A stretch of DNA of 64,000 nt from contig OZ241362.1 of NCBI GenBank assembly GCA_965200315.1, positions 160,001 through 224,000 on the forward strand, in the 5' to 3' direction. How positions within the stretch are numbered: position 1 is the first letter of the stretch; each line of letters begins with the position of its first letter. Under the pieces are notes generated by a model, which saw only the letters and a program-made list of their open reading frames with translations, ran no database searches and was not told the origin of the DNA. Positions 27,755 through 37,080 of the stretch are shown here, in pieces. This DNA comes from Candidatus Latescibacterota bacterium (GTDB lineage Bacteria > Latescibacterota > UBA2968 > UBA8231). A program made the position numbers and the translations under genes.

Positions 27755-28372
27755 CTACGCCGGCTGTGTTGCCTGTTTATTTGGATTGTTTTCATCCCAT
27801 TTCCAGTTCAACGGGTTGCTTTGAATATAGACGCGGATGGTATCCAATGATTTTTCATTTCGGATGATGTGGTCGTAGAAGGACCGTTGCCATATCCGTT
27901 TTTCAAATGGCGGCAGAGCGCCAAATCTCACCTTTTGAATATACTCATTAGTGGCCATGGTCTTGAACCATTGAATCATTTCTTGTAGGGGCGAACCTGG
28001 GGGTTCGCCTTGTTTTGTAGATTTGTTCAATGTCGTGGTGGGCAGACACGTAGGTCTGCCCCTACGGTGGATATTCGAGGGTGGGCCTACGATTGCGACG
28101 ATGCCGTGAAGATGATTGGGCATGATCACGTATTCATCCAATTCGCTATTGGGAAACTTGTTTTTTATTTCGTTCCACCAATGATCAATGATTTTTCCCG
28201 CCTCATTCAAAATCATGTCGTCTTCTACAATTTTGCCAAACAGACATTGCCTATTTTGCGTACAAATCGTCACAAAATAGTACCCTATTTGGGAATAATC
28301 GTAATTATGTAACCTGTTCCGCTTTCTATTCTGTCCATTCATAAATCGTCTATTTCGTTTTGGGACAGACAC
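27755..28372 (-). mobile_element. REP-associated tyrosine transposase (RAYT, Y1/HUH)
   Basis: YDYS..GYYFVTICT, VIMPNHLHGIV (HUH), WQRSFYDHIIR, YIQSNP; start 28372 or 28342. Confidence 0.92.
27985..28065. repeat. REP doublet inside the RAYT coding sequence
   Basis: GTAG-GGGCGAAC..GTTCGCCT (27985) and inverted GGGCAGAC..GTCTGCCC-CTAC (28040-28065). Confidence 0.85.
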
Positions 28373-28748
28373 GTAGGTCTGTCCCTACGTTTTCGTATAT
28401 CGTCGTTTTCATGTGTATGGTTTATTTTTTGTAGGGTCGAACCGATGTGTTCGCCCTTTTATCCGTTGTTCCCATCTATTCGTTACATAGATCGTCTATT
28501 TTGTTTTGGTACAGATAGATAGGTCTGTCCCCCGTTTTCGTATATCGTCGTTTTCATGTGTATGGTTTATTTTTTTGTAGGGTCGAACCGATGTGTTCGC
28601 CCTTTTATCCGTTGTTCCTATCTATTCATTACATAGATTGTCTATTTTGTTTTGGTACAGATAGATAGGTCTGTCCCTACGTTTTCGTATATCGTCGTTT
28701 TCATGTGTATGGTGTAGGGGTGAACCGATGTGTTCGCCCTTTTATCCG
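28340..28748. repeat. about 2.8 tandem copies of a 146-bp unit, each with two opposed GTAG-REP hairpins (BIME/REPIN-like)
   Basis: Units start at 28340, 28486, 28632; GTAGGG(T/G)..AACCGATGTGTTCGCCCT at 28431, 28577, 28714; opposite-strand ACAGA...TCTGTCCC(TAC) in each unit. Confidence 0.92.
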
Positions 28749-28751
28749 CTC

Positions 28752-29492
28752 TTAGGCCGTTGCTTCGCGGTACGCGGCTTGTACCGCCGCTTCCAAAAAC
28801 CGCATGTCGTTGCTGAAGTCAATGAACTGGAAGCCCTCGGCGACGCGCCGCTTGACTTCGGCCGAGTCCTTGACCGGGATGCCGCTGGGTTTGCCGGCTT
28901 GGGCGCAGCTAGCGCGAAACGCCTGCAAGGCGGCCTCGTGGTCGGGGTGGCCGGCAGCCACGCCCATGGACATGGCCAAGTCGCCCGGCCCAAGGAAGCC
29001 GATATCGACGCCTTCGACGCGGGCGATGGCCTCGGCGTTTTCAATGCCCTCTATGTCCTCGATTTGCGGGATGCAGAGGACGGCGTCGTCAAAGCGCTGG
29101 CGATAGTCCGGGGCCAACGTGACGCAGCGGCCCGTACCCACCGACCGATTGCCGTGCGGTGGGTAGCGCACGGCTTGGGCTAGTTTTTCGGCCTGCTGCG
29201 GGGTGCTCACGTGCGGGAAGACCAAGCCCCAAGCCCCGGCGTCGAGTAGGCGGGCGGCCGTAGTCGGGTCGTGGTCCCAAGCGCGGGCCAAGGGCAGGGC
29301 ACCCCGCGCCTCAATGGCGCGGAAGGTATGGGCGATGTGGCCGAGGTCAAAGGCCGAGTGCTCGGCATCAACCACTAGCCATTGGAACCCGGCCGCGGCG
29401 AGGACTTCGGCGGCTAACGGTGAGGTTAGGTTGAGCCAGGAGCCGATGGAGGGTTGCCCGGCGGCAAGTTGTTCTTTGATAGGATTTTGCAC
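28752..29492 (-). CDS. HpcH/HpaI aldolase family
   Basis: VVDAEHS, LLDAGA, VRYPP.G.R, QIE, FLGPGDL; GTG start inferred. Confidence 0.9.
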   Translation of the reverse strand: MQNPIKEQLAAGQPSIGSWLNLTSPLAAEVLAAAGFQWLVVDAEHSAFDLGHIAHTFRAIEARGALPLARAWDHDPTTAARLLDAGAWGLVFPHVSTPQQAEKLAQAVRYPPHGNRSVGTGRCVTLAPDYRQRFDDAVLCIPQIEDIEGIENAEAIARVEGVDIGFLGPGDLAMSMGVAAGHPDHEAALQAFRASCAQAGKPSGIPVKDSAEVKRRVAEGFQFIDFSNDMRFLEAAVQAAYREATA

Positions 29493-29501
29493 GAGATACC
29501 T

Positions 29502-29707
29502 CAGCTTGTGGAAGAAATTGCGTTTGAGATCCGAGGGCTGGCCGCGAAAGCCTCGTCTCCGAAGGCGCGGTATGCCTACACCTCGATCAGTTCGTACTTC
29601 GCTACCTTTTTGCCGCGCCGCCCCCCGAAACTGCGATAGGGCCTCCTTGACGCGCACCTTATGAAGTGTACTGCCGCCAAAACGTCGATTTACCCACAGG
29701 CTGCTAG
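29502..29707. mobile_element. possible MITE in the ispG-aldolase spacer
   Basis: Imperfect terminal IR CAGCTTGTGGAAGAAAT / ATTTACCCACAGGCTG followed by CTAG. Confidence 0.35.
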
Positions 29708-29721
29708 CGCGGCGAAAGGCC

Positions 29722-30858
29722 CTAGCCGGCAGCAATCAGCTCATCAACTTGGTCTTTGAGCACATCGAGAACCTCGTCGTACGGGAACTGGCCGATGAGT
29801 TGGGGGCCGCGCTTGAGGTTGACGAAGTTGGGGGCACACCAAAGCCCTAAGTCGGCGTCGTCGGTCTCGCCCGGGCCGTTGACCCGGCAGCCCATGACGG
29901 CGATGGTGAGCTGGTGGTCGCGGGCGTAGGCGGTTAGGTCGCGCACTTGGTGCGCTAGGTCAATGAAGGCTTCGTTTTCCACCCGCGAGCAGGAGGGGCA
30001 GGAGATGATGTTCAGCCCGGCCGGGAGCAACTTGGGGACTGAGCGGAAGCGGCCCGAGTAAATGTCGTCGAGAATCTGCCGCCCGACTTTGATCTCTTCG
30101 CCCTTGTCGTCAAACGGCAAGGTCAGGGAGACGCGAATGGTGTCGCCCATGCCGGCGCTGATGAGCTGTTCAAAGGCAATGCGGGTCTTGATCACGCCTT
30201 CGGGGGGCATCCCGGCCTCGGTGACGCCGAGGTGCAGCGGCACATCGGGTCGCTGGCGGGCAAATCGGGTGTTGGCGGCAATGACCTTGGCCGGATCGGA
30301 GTCCTTGAGCGAGACGCAATAGCGCGTAAAGCCCAAGCTGTCGAGCAGCTCGCAGTGCTCTAAGGCCGAGGCGATCATGGGCGAGATAGAGTCCTCGGGC
30401 GGAAAGCGCTCGGCTTGGGCCGGATCGACCGAGCCGCAGTTGACCCCCACGCGCAGGGCGCAATCGTGCCGGGCGGCCTCGTCGGCAATAAAGGCGACCT
30501 TGTCGGCGACTGGCTTGTCTTTTTCGTGGTGGTAGAGGTGCCCGGGGTTGTAGCGGATTTTCTGTACGTGTGGTGCCACGCGGCGCACCAGCCGGTAGTT
30601 TTCTTGCAGATCCACGGACAGCGGCACGTCAACGGTAGGCGCGATTTGGGCGAGGGCCTCCACGTCTTTTTTGCTATCTACGGCGATGCGGATGACGTCC
30701 GCCCCGGCCTCGGCTAAAAGCCGGAGTTGGCGGATGGTGGCCTCTGTGTCTTGGGTGCGGGTAGCGGCCATGCTTTGCACGGCAATGGGGTGGGCACCGC
30801 CAATGGTCGTGCGGCCGATTTGCACCTCGCGGGTGGGATTTCTCGTCGTTGAATTCAT
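29722..30858 (-). CDS. ispG: (E)-4-hydroxy-3-methylbut-2-enyl-diphosphate synthase
   Basis: [47 protein letters not shown]. Confidence 0.95.
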   Translation of the reverse strand: MNSTTRNPTREVQIGRTTIGGAHPIAVQSMAATRTQDTEATIRQLRLLAEAGADVIRIAVDSKKDVEALAQIAPTVDVPLSVDLQENYRLVRRVAPHVQKIRYNPGHLYHHEKDKPVADKVAFIADEAARHDCALRVGVNCGSVDPAQAERFPPEDSISPMIASALEHCELLDSLGFTRYCVSLKDSDPAKVIAANTRFARQRPDVPLHLGVTEAGMPPEGVIKTRIAFEQLISAGMGDTIRVSLTLPFDDKGEEIKVGRQILDDIYSGRFRSVPKLLPAGLNIISCPSCSRVENEAFIDLAHQVRDLTAYARDHQLTIAVMGCRVNGPGETDDADLGLWCAPNFVNLKRGPQLIGQFPYDEVLDVLKDQVDELIAAG

Positions 30859-31075
30859 GTCCCAAAAGTTAAACCCGAGGTTCTGTTTGTCAAAGGAAGG
30901 AGGCGCAGCGGGGTACGCTCTCTTGCTGGAAACGCGCCTCTTGGTGTATTTGTGTATGGTGCAGGGCATTCAATTGATTAAGGAGCTTTTACAGTGAAGG
31001 TATTGGTGCTAGAAGCCGGTAGGTTTGTGGGAAGCGGGCTAGGATCGGCGCTGGCGCAGGGAGACGGGCGCGACC

Positions 31076-32233
31076 GTGCCGCCTACTAAAGTGCCCCAGG
31101 CAAGGCCCTGTATCCCCGAGGCGGATGTGGCCGCGCTGCTCGAGGATTTTGCCGCTATTCTCCGCAGCGGACGCCTGACGCTGGGGCCGTACTTGGAGCG
31201 GTTTGAGCAGGATTTTGCCGCGTGTGTGGGCGCAGAACACGCCGTGGGCATGAGCTCGGGGACTGCGCCGTTGGAAGTGGCCTTGCGCCATTGGGGGGTT
31301 GAGGGGCAGGAGGTCGTGGTGCCGACGAATACGTTTATAGCCTCGTCCAACGCCGCGCTGTTGGCCGGCGGGCGGCCCGTCCTCTGCGACATTGACCCCC
31401 AGACCCTGTCGAGCGGCCTGCCGCAGATCGAAGCACAGGTCGGGGAAAAGACGCGAGCCGCAGTCGTGGTCCACATCGCTGGGCTAATCGCGCCCGACAT
31501 TGAGGCCATTCGCTCGTTTTGCCGTGCGCGCGGGCTGTTGCTGCTCGAAGACGCGGCCCACGCCCACGGCGCTAGAGCCGATGGCCAGCCGGCCGGGAGT
31601 TTGGGCGATGCTGCGGCCTTTTCCTTTTTTCCGACCAAGCCACTGACGACGGGCGAGGGAGGCATGTTGAGTACCAACGACCGCGATTTGGCAGACTTTG
31701 CGCGGAGCTTCCGCACGCACGGGGTAAGCGCCAAGGGCCGCTCGTTGGAGCGCTTGGGCAACAACTACCGCTTGCCCGAGCTGAGCGCGGCCCTCGGTTT
31801 GCGGCAATTGGCGCGGCTGGCCGAGCACATCGCCGAGCGCAACCGCCTCGCCACCTGCTACCGGTGTGCGCTCGTGCGCTTGGGGTGGGGCGAGGTGCTC
31901 TTGCCGGAATTCGCTGGCCGAATACACGCTTACTACAAGTTTCCAGTGCGCTTGCCCGCCGGGAAAAGGCGCGAATGGGTGGTCGCCGAGTTGCGTACGC
32001 GCTGGGGAATTGAAGCCGGCAGTGTGTATTGGCCGCCGTGTCATCTGACGCCGTTTTACCAGCGGGAACTCGGCTATGGCCCCGGGGATTTCCCCGTTGC
32101 CGAGGCCGTGCTAGCGCAGGTCGTAACTCTGCCGATGTTCCCAAGCTTGAGCGACGAGGCCGTGGAAATGGTGTGCTGCGGTTTGGCGGAACTATTGGCA
32201 GAGGAACAGGGAGATTGTCGTGGTGGTAAATAA
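31076..32233 (+). CDS. DegT/DnrJ/EryC1/StrS aminotransferase
   Basis: SSGTA, EDAAHAHG, FSFFPTKPLTTGEGG, LPMFP. Confidence 0.93.
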   Translation: MPPTKVPQARPCIPEADVAALLEDFAAILRSGRLTLGPYLERFEQDFAACVGAEHAVGMSSGTAPLEVALRHWGVEGQEVVVPTNTFIASSNAALLAGGRPVLCDIDPQTLSSGLPQIEAQVGEKTRAAVVVHIAGLIAPDIEAIRSFCRARGLLLLEDAAHAHGARADGQPAGSLGDAAAFSFFPTKPLTTGEGGMLSTNDRDLADFARSFRTHGVSAKGRSLERLGNNYRLPELSAALGLRQLARLAEHIAERNRLATCYRCALVRLGWGEVLLPEFAGRIHAYYKFPVRLPAGKRREWVVAELRTRWGIEAGSVYWPPCHLTPFYQRELGYGPGDFPVAEAVLAQVVTLPMFPSLSDEAVEMVCCGLAELLAEEQGDCRGGK

Positions 32234-32852
32234 CCGAGTTTTGGTGCTCGCACCGCACACGGACGACGGCGAGCTTGGCTGCGGAGGGACGATCAGCCGC
32301 ATGGTGGAGGAGGGACGCGAGGTGTACTACGCGGCCTTTTCCACGGCGGCCGAGTCGGTGCCGCCGCCCTTTCCGCCCGACATTCTGGAAAAGGAGGTGC
32401 GGGAGGGCACGAAGGTCCTCGGAATTCCTCCGGCTAACCTGCTGGTCTATAAGTACAAAGTGCGCCACTTGCCCCACCTGCGCCAAGAAATCCTCGAAGA
32501 GTTGGTGCGGATGAAAAGGGAAATTGACCCAACAACCGTGTTCTTGCCCAGTGCCCAAGACCTGCATCAAGATCACCAGACTATTCACATTGAGGGCCTG
32601 CGCGCCTTTAAGACGGTCACCGTGCTCGGCTACGAGCTGCCGTGGAACAACTTGAGCTTTGACTACCGACATTTTTGCATACTCACCCGCGCACACGTGC
32701 AGACCAAGATCGCTGCGCTGCGCTGCTACCAGTCGCAACAGCATCGTCCGTACACCCAAGAGGAGTTTATATGGAGTTGGGCGCGTACTAGGGGGGGGCA
32801 GATTATGGTGGAATACGCCGAGGCGTTTGACGTGCTCAGGTGGGTGCGCTGA
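32220..32852 (+). CDS. PIG-L/LmbE family deacetylase
   Basis: APHTDDGELGCGGT, HQDH, YQSQ, AEAF. Confidence 0.92.
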   Translation: MVVNNRVLVLAPHTDDGELGCGGTISRMVEEGREVYYAAFSTAAESVPPPFPPDILEKEVREGTKVLGIPPANLLVYKYKVRHLPHLRQEILEELVRMKREIDPTTVFLPSAQDLHQDHQTIHIEGLRAFKTVTVLGYELPWNNLSFDYRHFCILTRAHVQTKIAALRCYQSQQHRPYTQEEFIWSWARTRGGQIMVEYAEAFDVLRWVR

Positions 32853-33547
32853 TGGGCCGGGTGCTGGCCGCGCACCAGCCCAATTTCCTGCCTTGGCTGG
32901 GCTTGTTTCACAAGGTGGGGCAAGCCGACGTGTGGGTCTTGGCCGACGATGTGCAGTACAGCCGCGGCAGCCTGACCAACCGCAACCGCATTCGCACGAG
33001 CTCTGGCTGGCAGTGGCTGACTGTGCCAGTGCTGACGCGGGGCCGGAGCCGGCAGCGGATATGCGATGTGCAAATCCCGCCCGATGGCGATTGGCGCCGC
33101 AAGCACTGCGAGGCCCTGCGCTGGCACTACGGCCACGCGCCCTTTTTCGATGCGTACGCCCCAGCTATAGAGGACCTATACGCGGGTGCGTGGCCCCTGT
33201 TGCTCGACTTAAACGTGGCCCTGTTGCGCCACCTTTTGCAGCTGTTGGACTTGCAGGTCGAAGTCCGCTTTAGCTCGCAGATGGACCTGCGGGACGAGCG
33301 GACCTTGCGCTTGGTGGATATGACCAAGGCGTGCGACTGTCAGGTGTATCTTTCGGGGGGCGGGGCCTCAAAGGCGTACTTGGATGTGGAGGCATTTGCC
33401 GCGGAAGGCGTTGAATGTCGTTTTACCGAGTTTGAACACCCGGTGTACCCCCAGTGCCACGAGGGTTTTGTCGCCGAGATGTCGGTATTGGATTTGCTTT
33501 TTAATTGCGGCCCGCAAAGCCGGGAGGTGCTTTTTGGCCGCTCCTAA
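32852..33547 (+). CDS. WbqC-family protein
   Basis: HQPNFLPWLG, DDVQY, NRNRI, WLTVPV, YLSG, SVLDLLFN. Confidence 0.93.
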   Translation: MGRVLAAHQPNFLPWLGLFHKVGQADVWVLADDVQYSRGSLTNRNRIRTSSGWQWLTVPVLTRGRSRQRICDVQIPPDGDWRRKHCEALRWHYGHAPFFDAYAPAIEDLYAGAWPLLLDLNVALLRHLLQLLDLQVEVRFSSQMDLRDERTLRLVDMTKACDCQVYLSGGGASKAYLDVEAFAAEGVECRFTEFEHPVYPQCHEGFVAEMSVLDLLFNCGPQSREVLFGRS

Positions 33548-34691
33548 AGTGTACCACCTGACGAATGTCCACAGCCCGTTTGACGTGCGGATTTTCTACA
33601 AACAAGCGCAGACCTTGGCGCGGGCCGGATATGCGGTAACGGTGGTGGGGCCAGGGCCGGAGGAGTGGAATGGAGAGCGGGCTGGGGTGCGCGTGCAGAC
33701 CATACCAGTGGCGCGAGGGACTGGCCAGCGGATTTTGAACCTGTGGCGCTTGCTGTGCGTCGGGCTAGGTGCAAACGCCGCTTGCTTCCACTTCCACGAC
33801 CCCGAGCTGTTGCCGGTGGGCGCGGTGCTCAAGCTCTGCGGTCGCCGGGTCATCTACGACGTCCACGAGCACTTCCCACTGGTGGCGATGGTGCGGCCGT
33901 GGGTGCCCGAGCGGCTGCGGCGGCCCCTTGCGCGGTTGGTTGATTGGGGGGAACGTGCGATTGCTCGCTATCTTGTCACGGCCGTAGTCGGAGTGGTCGA
34001 GGAGCAAGGTGATCGCTTTGCCAGCCGCCCCTTTGCGGTGGTGAAAAACTACCCGCGCTTGGAGAGGTTTTCCCCCGGCGGCGAGTTGGGGCCTTGTGCG
34101 CTGGTCCACATTGGCTCACTATCCGAAGACCGAGGCGGGATGTTCCTGCTCGAAATCATGCGCGAGCTGGCCAAGACCCATCCACAGGCCCATCTCTTGA
34201 GCGTCGGGGCGTTTCACTCTCAGGAGCTGCGGGAGCGGTTCGAGTCCCGCCGGCGCGAGTGGGGGCTGGAAGAGCAGATTCACTACAGTGAAAAGCGCGT
34301 ACCGTACGACGAATTAGGGGCGGCTATCGCCGCGTGTCAGATCGGTTTGATTCCGGGGCAGATATCGCCCAAGAATTTGGCCTCTTTCGTGCCGACCAAA
34401 CTCTTTGAATACCTCGCCTGCGGCTTGCCCGTAGTCGCCAGTGATTTACCTTCCATACGTAGGTTTCTCGCGGTCGCGGATTGGGGACTGCTCGCCGACC
34501 CGTGCGACCCGGCCGCCCATGCGCGCGCCATCGGGTGCTTGCTCGACGACCCGGTGGCAGCGCAGGCCAAGGGAGCGCAAGCGCGGCGAGCCGCAGAAGA
34601 GTATTTTAACTGGGAGGCCGAAGGCGAGAAACTGTTAGCATTCTACGAGCGGATTGTACCGCGGAAAGGGATTGGGAAATGCGTTGGTTAG
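33534..34691 (+). CDS. glycosyltransferase family 4
   Basis: DVRIFYK, HFHDPEL, YDVHE, PTKLFEYLACGLPVVASD; TTG start after GGGAGG. Confidence 0.9.
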   Translation: MAAPKVYHLTNVHSPFDVRIFYKQAQTLARAGYAVTVVGPGPEEWNGERAGVRVQTIPVARGTGQRILNLWRLLCVGLGANAACFHFHDPELLPVGAVLKLCGRRVIYDVHEHFPLVAMVRPWVPERLRRPLARLVDWGERAIARYLVTAVVGVVEEQGDRFASRPFAVVKNYPRLERFSPGGELGPCALVHIGSLSEDRGGMFLLEIMRELAKTHPQAHLLSVGAFHSQELRERFESRRREWGLEEQIHYSEKRVPYDELGAAIAACQIGLIPGQISPKNLASFVPTKLFEYLACGLPVVASDLPSIRRFLAVADWGLLADPCDPAAHARAIGCLLDDPVAAQAKGAQARRAAEEYFNWEAEGEKLLAFYERIVPRKGIGKCVG

Positions 34692-35491
34692 CAATAAGCC
34701 TCTTGGCCCTGTGCTGGGCCGGCGAGGTGTGGGCGGGGGCTTGGAGCCAGCCTCGCGGGGGCTACTACGCCAAGCTCTCGGGAATCCACTACTCGACCAC
34801 TGAGGTATTTGACGACATGGGCAAACGCGCTGCTATGGGCATGGACGACAACCGATTCCGCGCCCGCCAAGTCCTCGCCTACGGCGAGTACGGGTTGCGC
34901 GTGCGGTTGACATTGACCGGCCAAATTGGCGTGGGGCGGCTGGTGTCTGAGGATACCTTTGTCGAGCGCATCACTTGGGGGCTAGGCGACGTGCATCTCG
35001 GCGCGAAATACCAGCTCACCGAGGGCAGGCTAGTGTTGTCGCCGCAGGTCAATGTCGCGTTCCCCAGCGGGTACAACCGAGAGTACGACCCGGCCCTTGG
35101 CACTGGTTATTCCGAACAGGGAGCGCGGCTCTTGGCGGGGCTGTCGCTCTATCCGCTGCCGTTCTACGCGGGGGCCGAGGTAGGGTACAAGCTGCGCGGC
35201 GGCCCGTTTTCCAATCAGGCGTCCTATTTTGTCGAGCTAGGGGCTACGCCGCGTCCGTGGCTGTTCGCCAAGGGCTTTATCGCCAGTGTGTACACGCTCG
35301 CGGCGGATTCGGAGGGTGGGCTGGTCGGAGTAGTGCAGGTTTCGGAGGGAGATTTCGCCGAGGTAGGTGGCAATGTGGCCGTGCAGGTGGCCGGCCCGCT
35401 GTGGATCGACGTGTTGTGGAAATCGGTTTTCAAGGGCGAGAACATCGGGGCCGGATCGTCGTTGGGCCTAGGGCTAGCCCTCATTCGCTAA
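34679..35491 (+). CDS. putative outer-membrane beta-barrel protein
   Basis: Signal peptide, AGAWSQPRG start, GLGD motif, amphipathic strands. Confidence 0.6.
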   Translation: MRWLAISLLALCWAGEVWAGAWSQPRGGYYAKLSGIHYSTTEVFDDMGKRAAMGMDDNRFRARQVLAYGEYGLRVRLTLTGQIGVGRLVSEDTFVERITWGLGDVHLGAKYQLTEGRLVLSPQVNVAFPSGYNREYDPALGTGYSEQGARLLAGLSLYPLPFYAGAEVGYKLRGGPFSNQASYFVELGATPRPWLFAKGFIASVYTLAADSEGGLVGVVQVSEGDFAEVGGNVAVQVAGPLWIDVLWKSVFKGENIGAGSSLGLGLALIR

Positions 35492-35501
35492 AGGAGTCGT
35501 C

Positions 35502-36662
35502 ATGAACAGATCAACTAGGCGTCAGTTTCTCAAGTCGAGCGGGGCGGTTATCGCCACCGCGATCTTCCCCACTTGGGGTTGCGACGGCAACGAGGTGCGC
35601 TTCAAGAGCATGCCCACCGGGCCGGACATGGACATTATGGACTTGGACTTGGCGGAGATGCCCCCGGGCGAGATGGAAGAGATGATACCGCTGCCGCCGA
35701 TTACTTCCAATGCGCGGCACTATCTCCAGTCAATTAACGGGAAGAATTACGACCCGAAGCTCGTGGCCAATAGTTGGCGCTTGGTGGTGGATGGGTTGGT
35801 GGACCAGCCCCACGCGGGCTGGACGTACGCGGATATTACCGCGCTGCCCATACAGCGGCAGGTCTTGACCATGCAGTGCATTGGCAACTGGATCGGCGGG
35901 CCGTTGGTGGGCAATGCCGAGTGGGGCGGGACGCCGCTGTCTGAGGTGCTGAACATGGCCGGGATCAAGAGCGAGGCGATTCGGGTCAAGTTTTACAGCG
36001 TCGATGGCTATACCACGTCGATTCCACTGGATCGTGCGCTCCGCGACGAGGTGATCCTCGCTTGGGAAATGAACGGCGAGCCGCTACCCTCCAAGCACGG
36101 GTTTCCCCTGCGCTTGATAAACCCCGGGCACTACGGCCAGAAGATGCCCAAGTGGATCACTCGCATCGAGCTGATCGACGAAGTCTATCTCGGCTACTGG
36201 GAAAGCAAGCCCGAGAACAAGCCCTTCAAGTGGTCGGACGAGGCCGTGGCGACCATAAATTCGCGGATTGATGCGCCCCTTTCGGTCTGGGACGATGTGA
36301 AAGACCCGGCCAACGGCGGCGTTTCAGTAGTACTGCAAACTCTGCGCGGGGTCGAAGGCAGTTCTTTTATTATCCACGGAATCGCCATGGCCGGCGAGCG
36401 CACGGTCGAATCGGTCCGGGTTAGCACCAATGGCGGGCGGTCATGGAACGCAGCGCAGATTACCACGCAGCGCTTGCCCAACATTTGGGTCACGTGGGCC
36501 TACGAATGGAAATTGCCCGCGTCGGGCGAGTACGAAATCGTCGCGTGGGCAACGGATAGCGAGGGGGACTCCCAGCCGCGGACCGACGCTGGAGCCGATT
36601 TGTACGATGGCCGCACCGGCTGGCACCGCGTGCGGGTGAAGGTCGCTAGCAGAGCAGGGTAA
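35502..36662 (+). CDS. Tat-exported sulfite-oxidase-family molybdoenzyme, probable lipoprotein
   Basis: TRRQFLK Tat motif, WGC lipobox-like, TMQCIGN Mo-Cys, MNGEPLP..HGFPLR, KW, C-terminal Ig-like dimerisation domain. Confidence 0.9.
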   Translation: MNRSTRRQFLKSSGAVIATAIFPTWGCDGNEVRFKSMPTGPDMDIMDLDLAEMPPGEMEEMIPLPPITSNARHYLQSINGKNYDPKLVANSWRLVVDGLVDQPHAGWTYADITALPIQRQVLTMQCIGNWIGGPLVGNAEWGGTPLSEVLNMAGIKSEAIRVKFYSVDGYTTSIPLDRALRDEVILAWEMNGEPLPSKHGFPLRLINPGHYGQKMPKWITRIELIDEVYLGYWESKPENKPFKWSDEAVATINSRIDAPLSVWDDVKDPANGGVSVVLQTLRGVEGSSFIIHGIAMAGERTVESVRVSTNGGRSWNAAQITTQRLPNIWVTWAYEWKLPASGEYEIVAWATDSEGDSQPRTDAGADLYDGRTGWHRVRVKVASRAG

Positions 36663-36671
36663 GCGGCGCGT

Positions 36672-36962
36672 CTATTCTGAGGGGAACCAGTCTTGTATCT
36701 TGCTACAGATCGCGTGCGCCTGTGCGGCGCTTGACACCTCGAACTTGCTGCGCTGCGAAAAGGTGCCGTCGCGCTTCTGGTAGCGGCGAATGGATATTTT
36801 GCGCGGGCCGTACTCGCCGGTTTTGCGGTCGAGGTCTTGGTAGAGATACATAATCGTCGCCCAAGCGCCCTTGCTGAGCACTTCCTTGGCTACTTCTTTG
36901 CGCAAGACCTTGCCGTCTTCCTCGTACTGGATGGTGAGTTCGTCAATCGTTTCGTCGGCCAT
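36672..36962 (-). CDS. small hypothetical protein
   Basis: 96-aa ORF with protein-like composition filling an intergenic gap. Confidence 0.7.
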   Translation of the reverse strand: MADETIDELTIQYEEDGKVLRKEVAKEVLSKGAWATIMYLYQDLDRKTGEYGPRKISIRRYQKRDGTFSQRSKFEVSSAAQAHAICSKIQDWFPSE

Positions 36963-37080
36963 TGTTAAACACGTTGTGGATTAAAGGTTGGCGTGTGTCT
37001 GCTGTGCATTATCTATCAGATATTAATAAATACAGGATAACGGACAAGGGCTACGGGAGGGCGTAGCTCGAGAGCCTCTT

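Noticed and set aside
28340-28748. CRISPR array
   Set aside because: Sequences between hairpins are near-identical rather than unique spacers, the period is 146 bp, no cas genes are present, and a RAYT is adjacent
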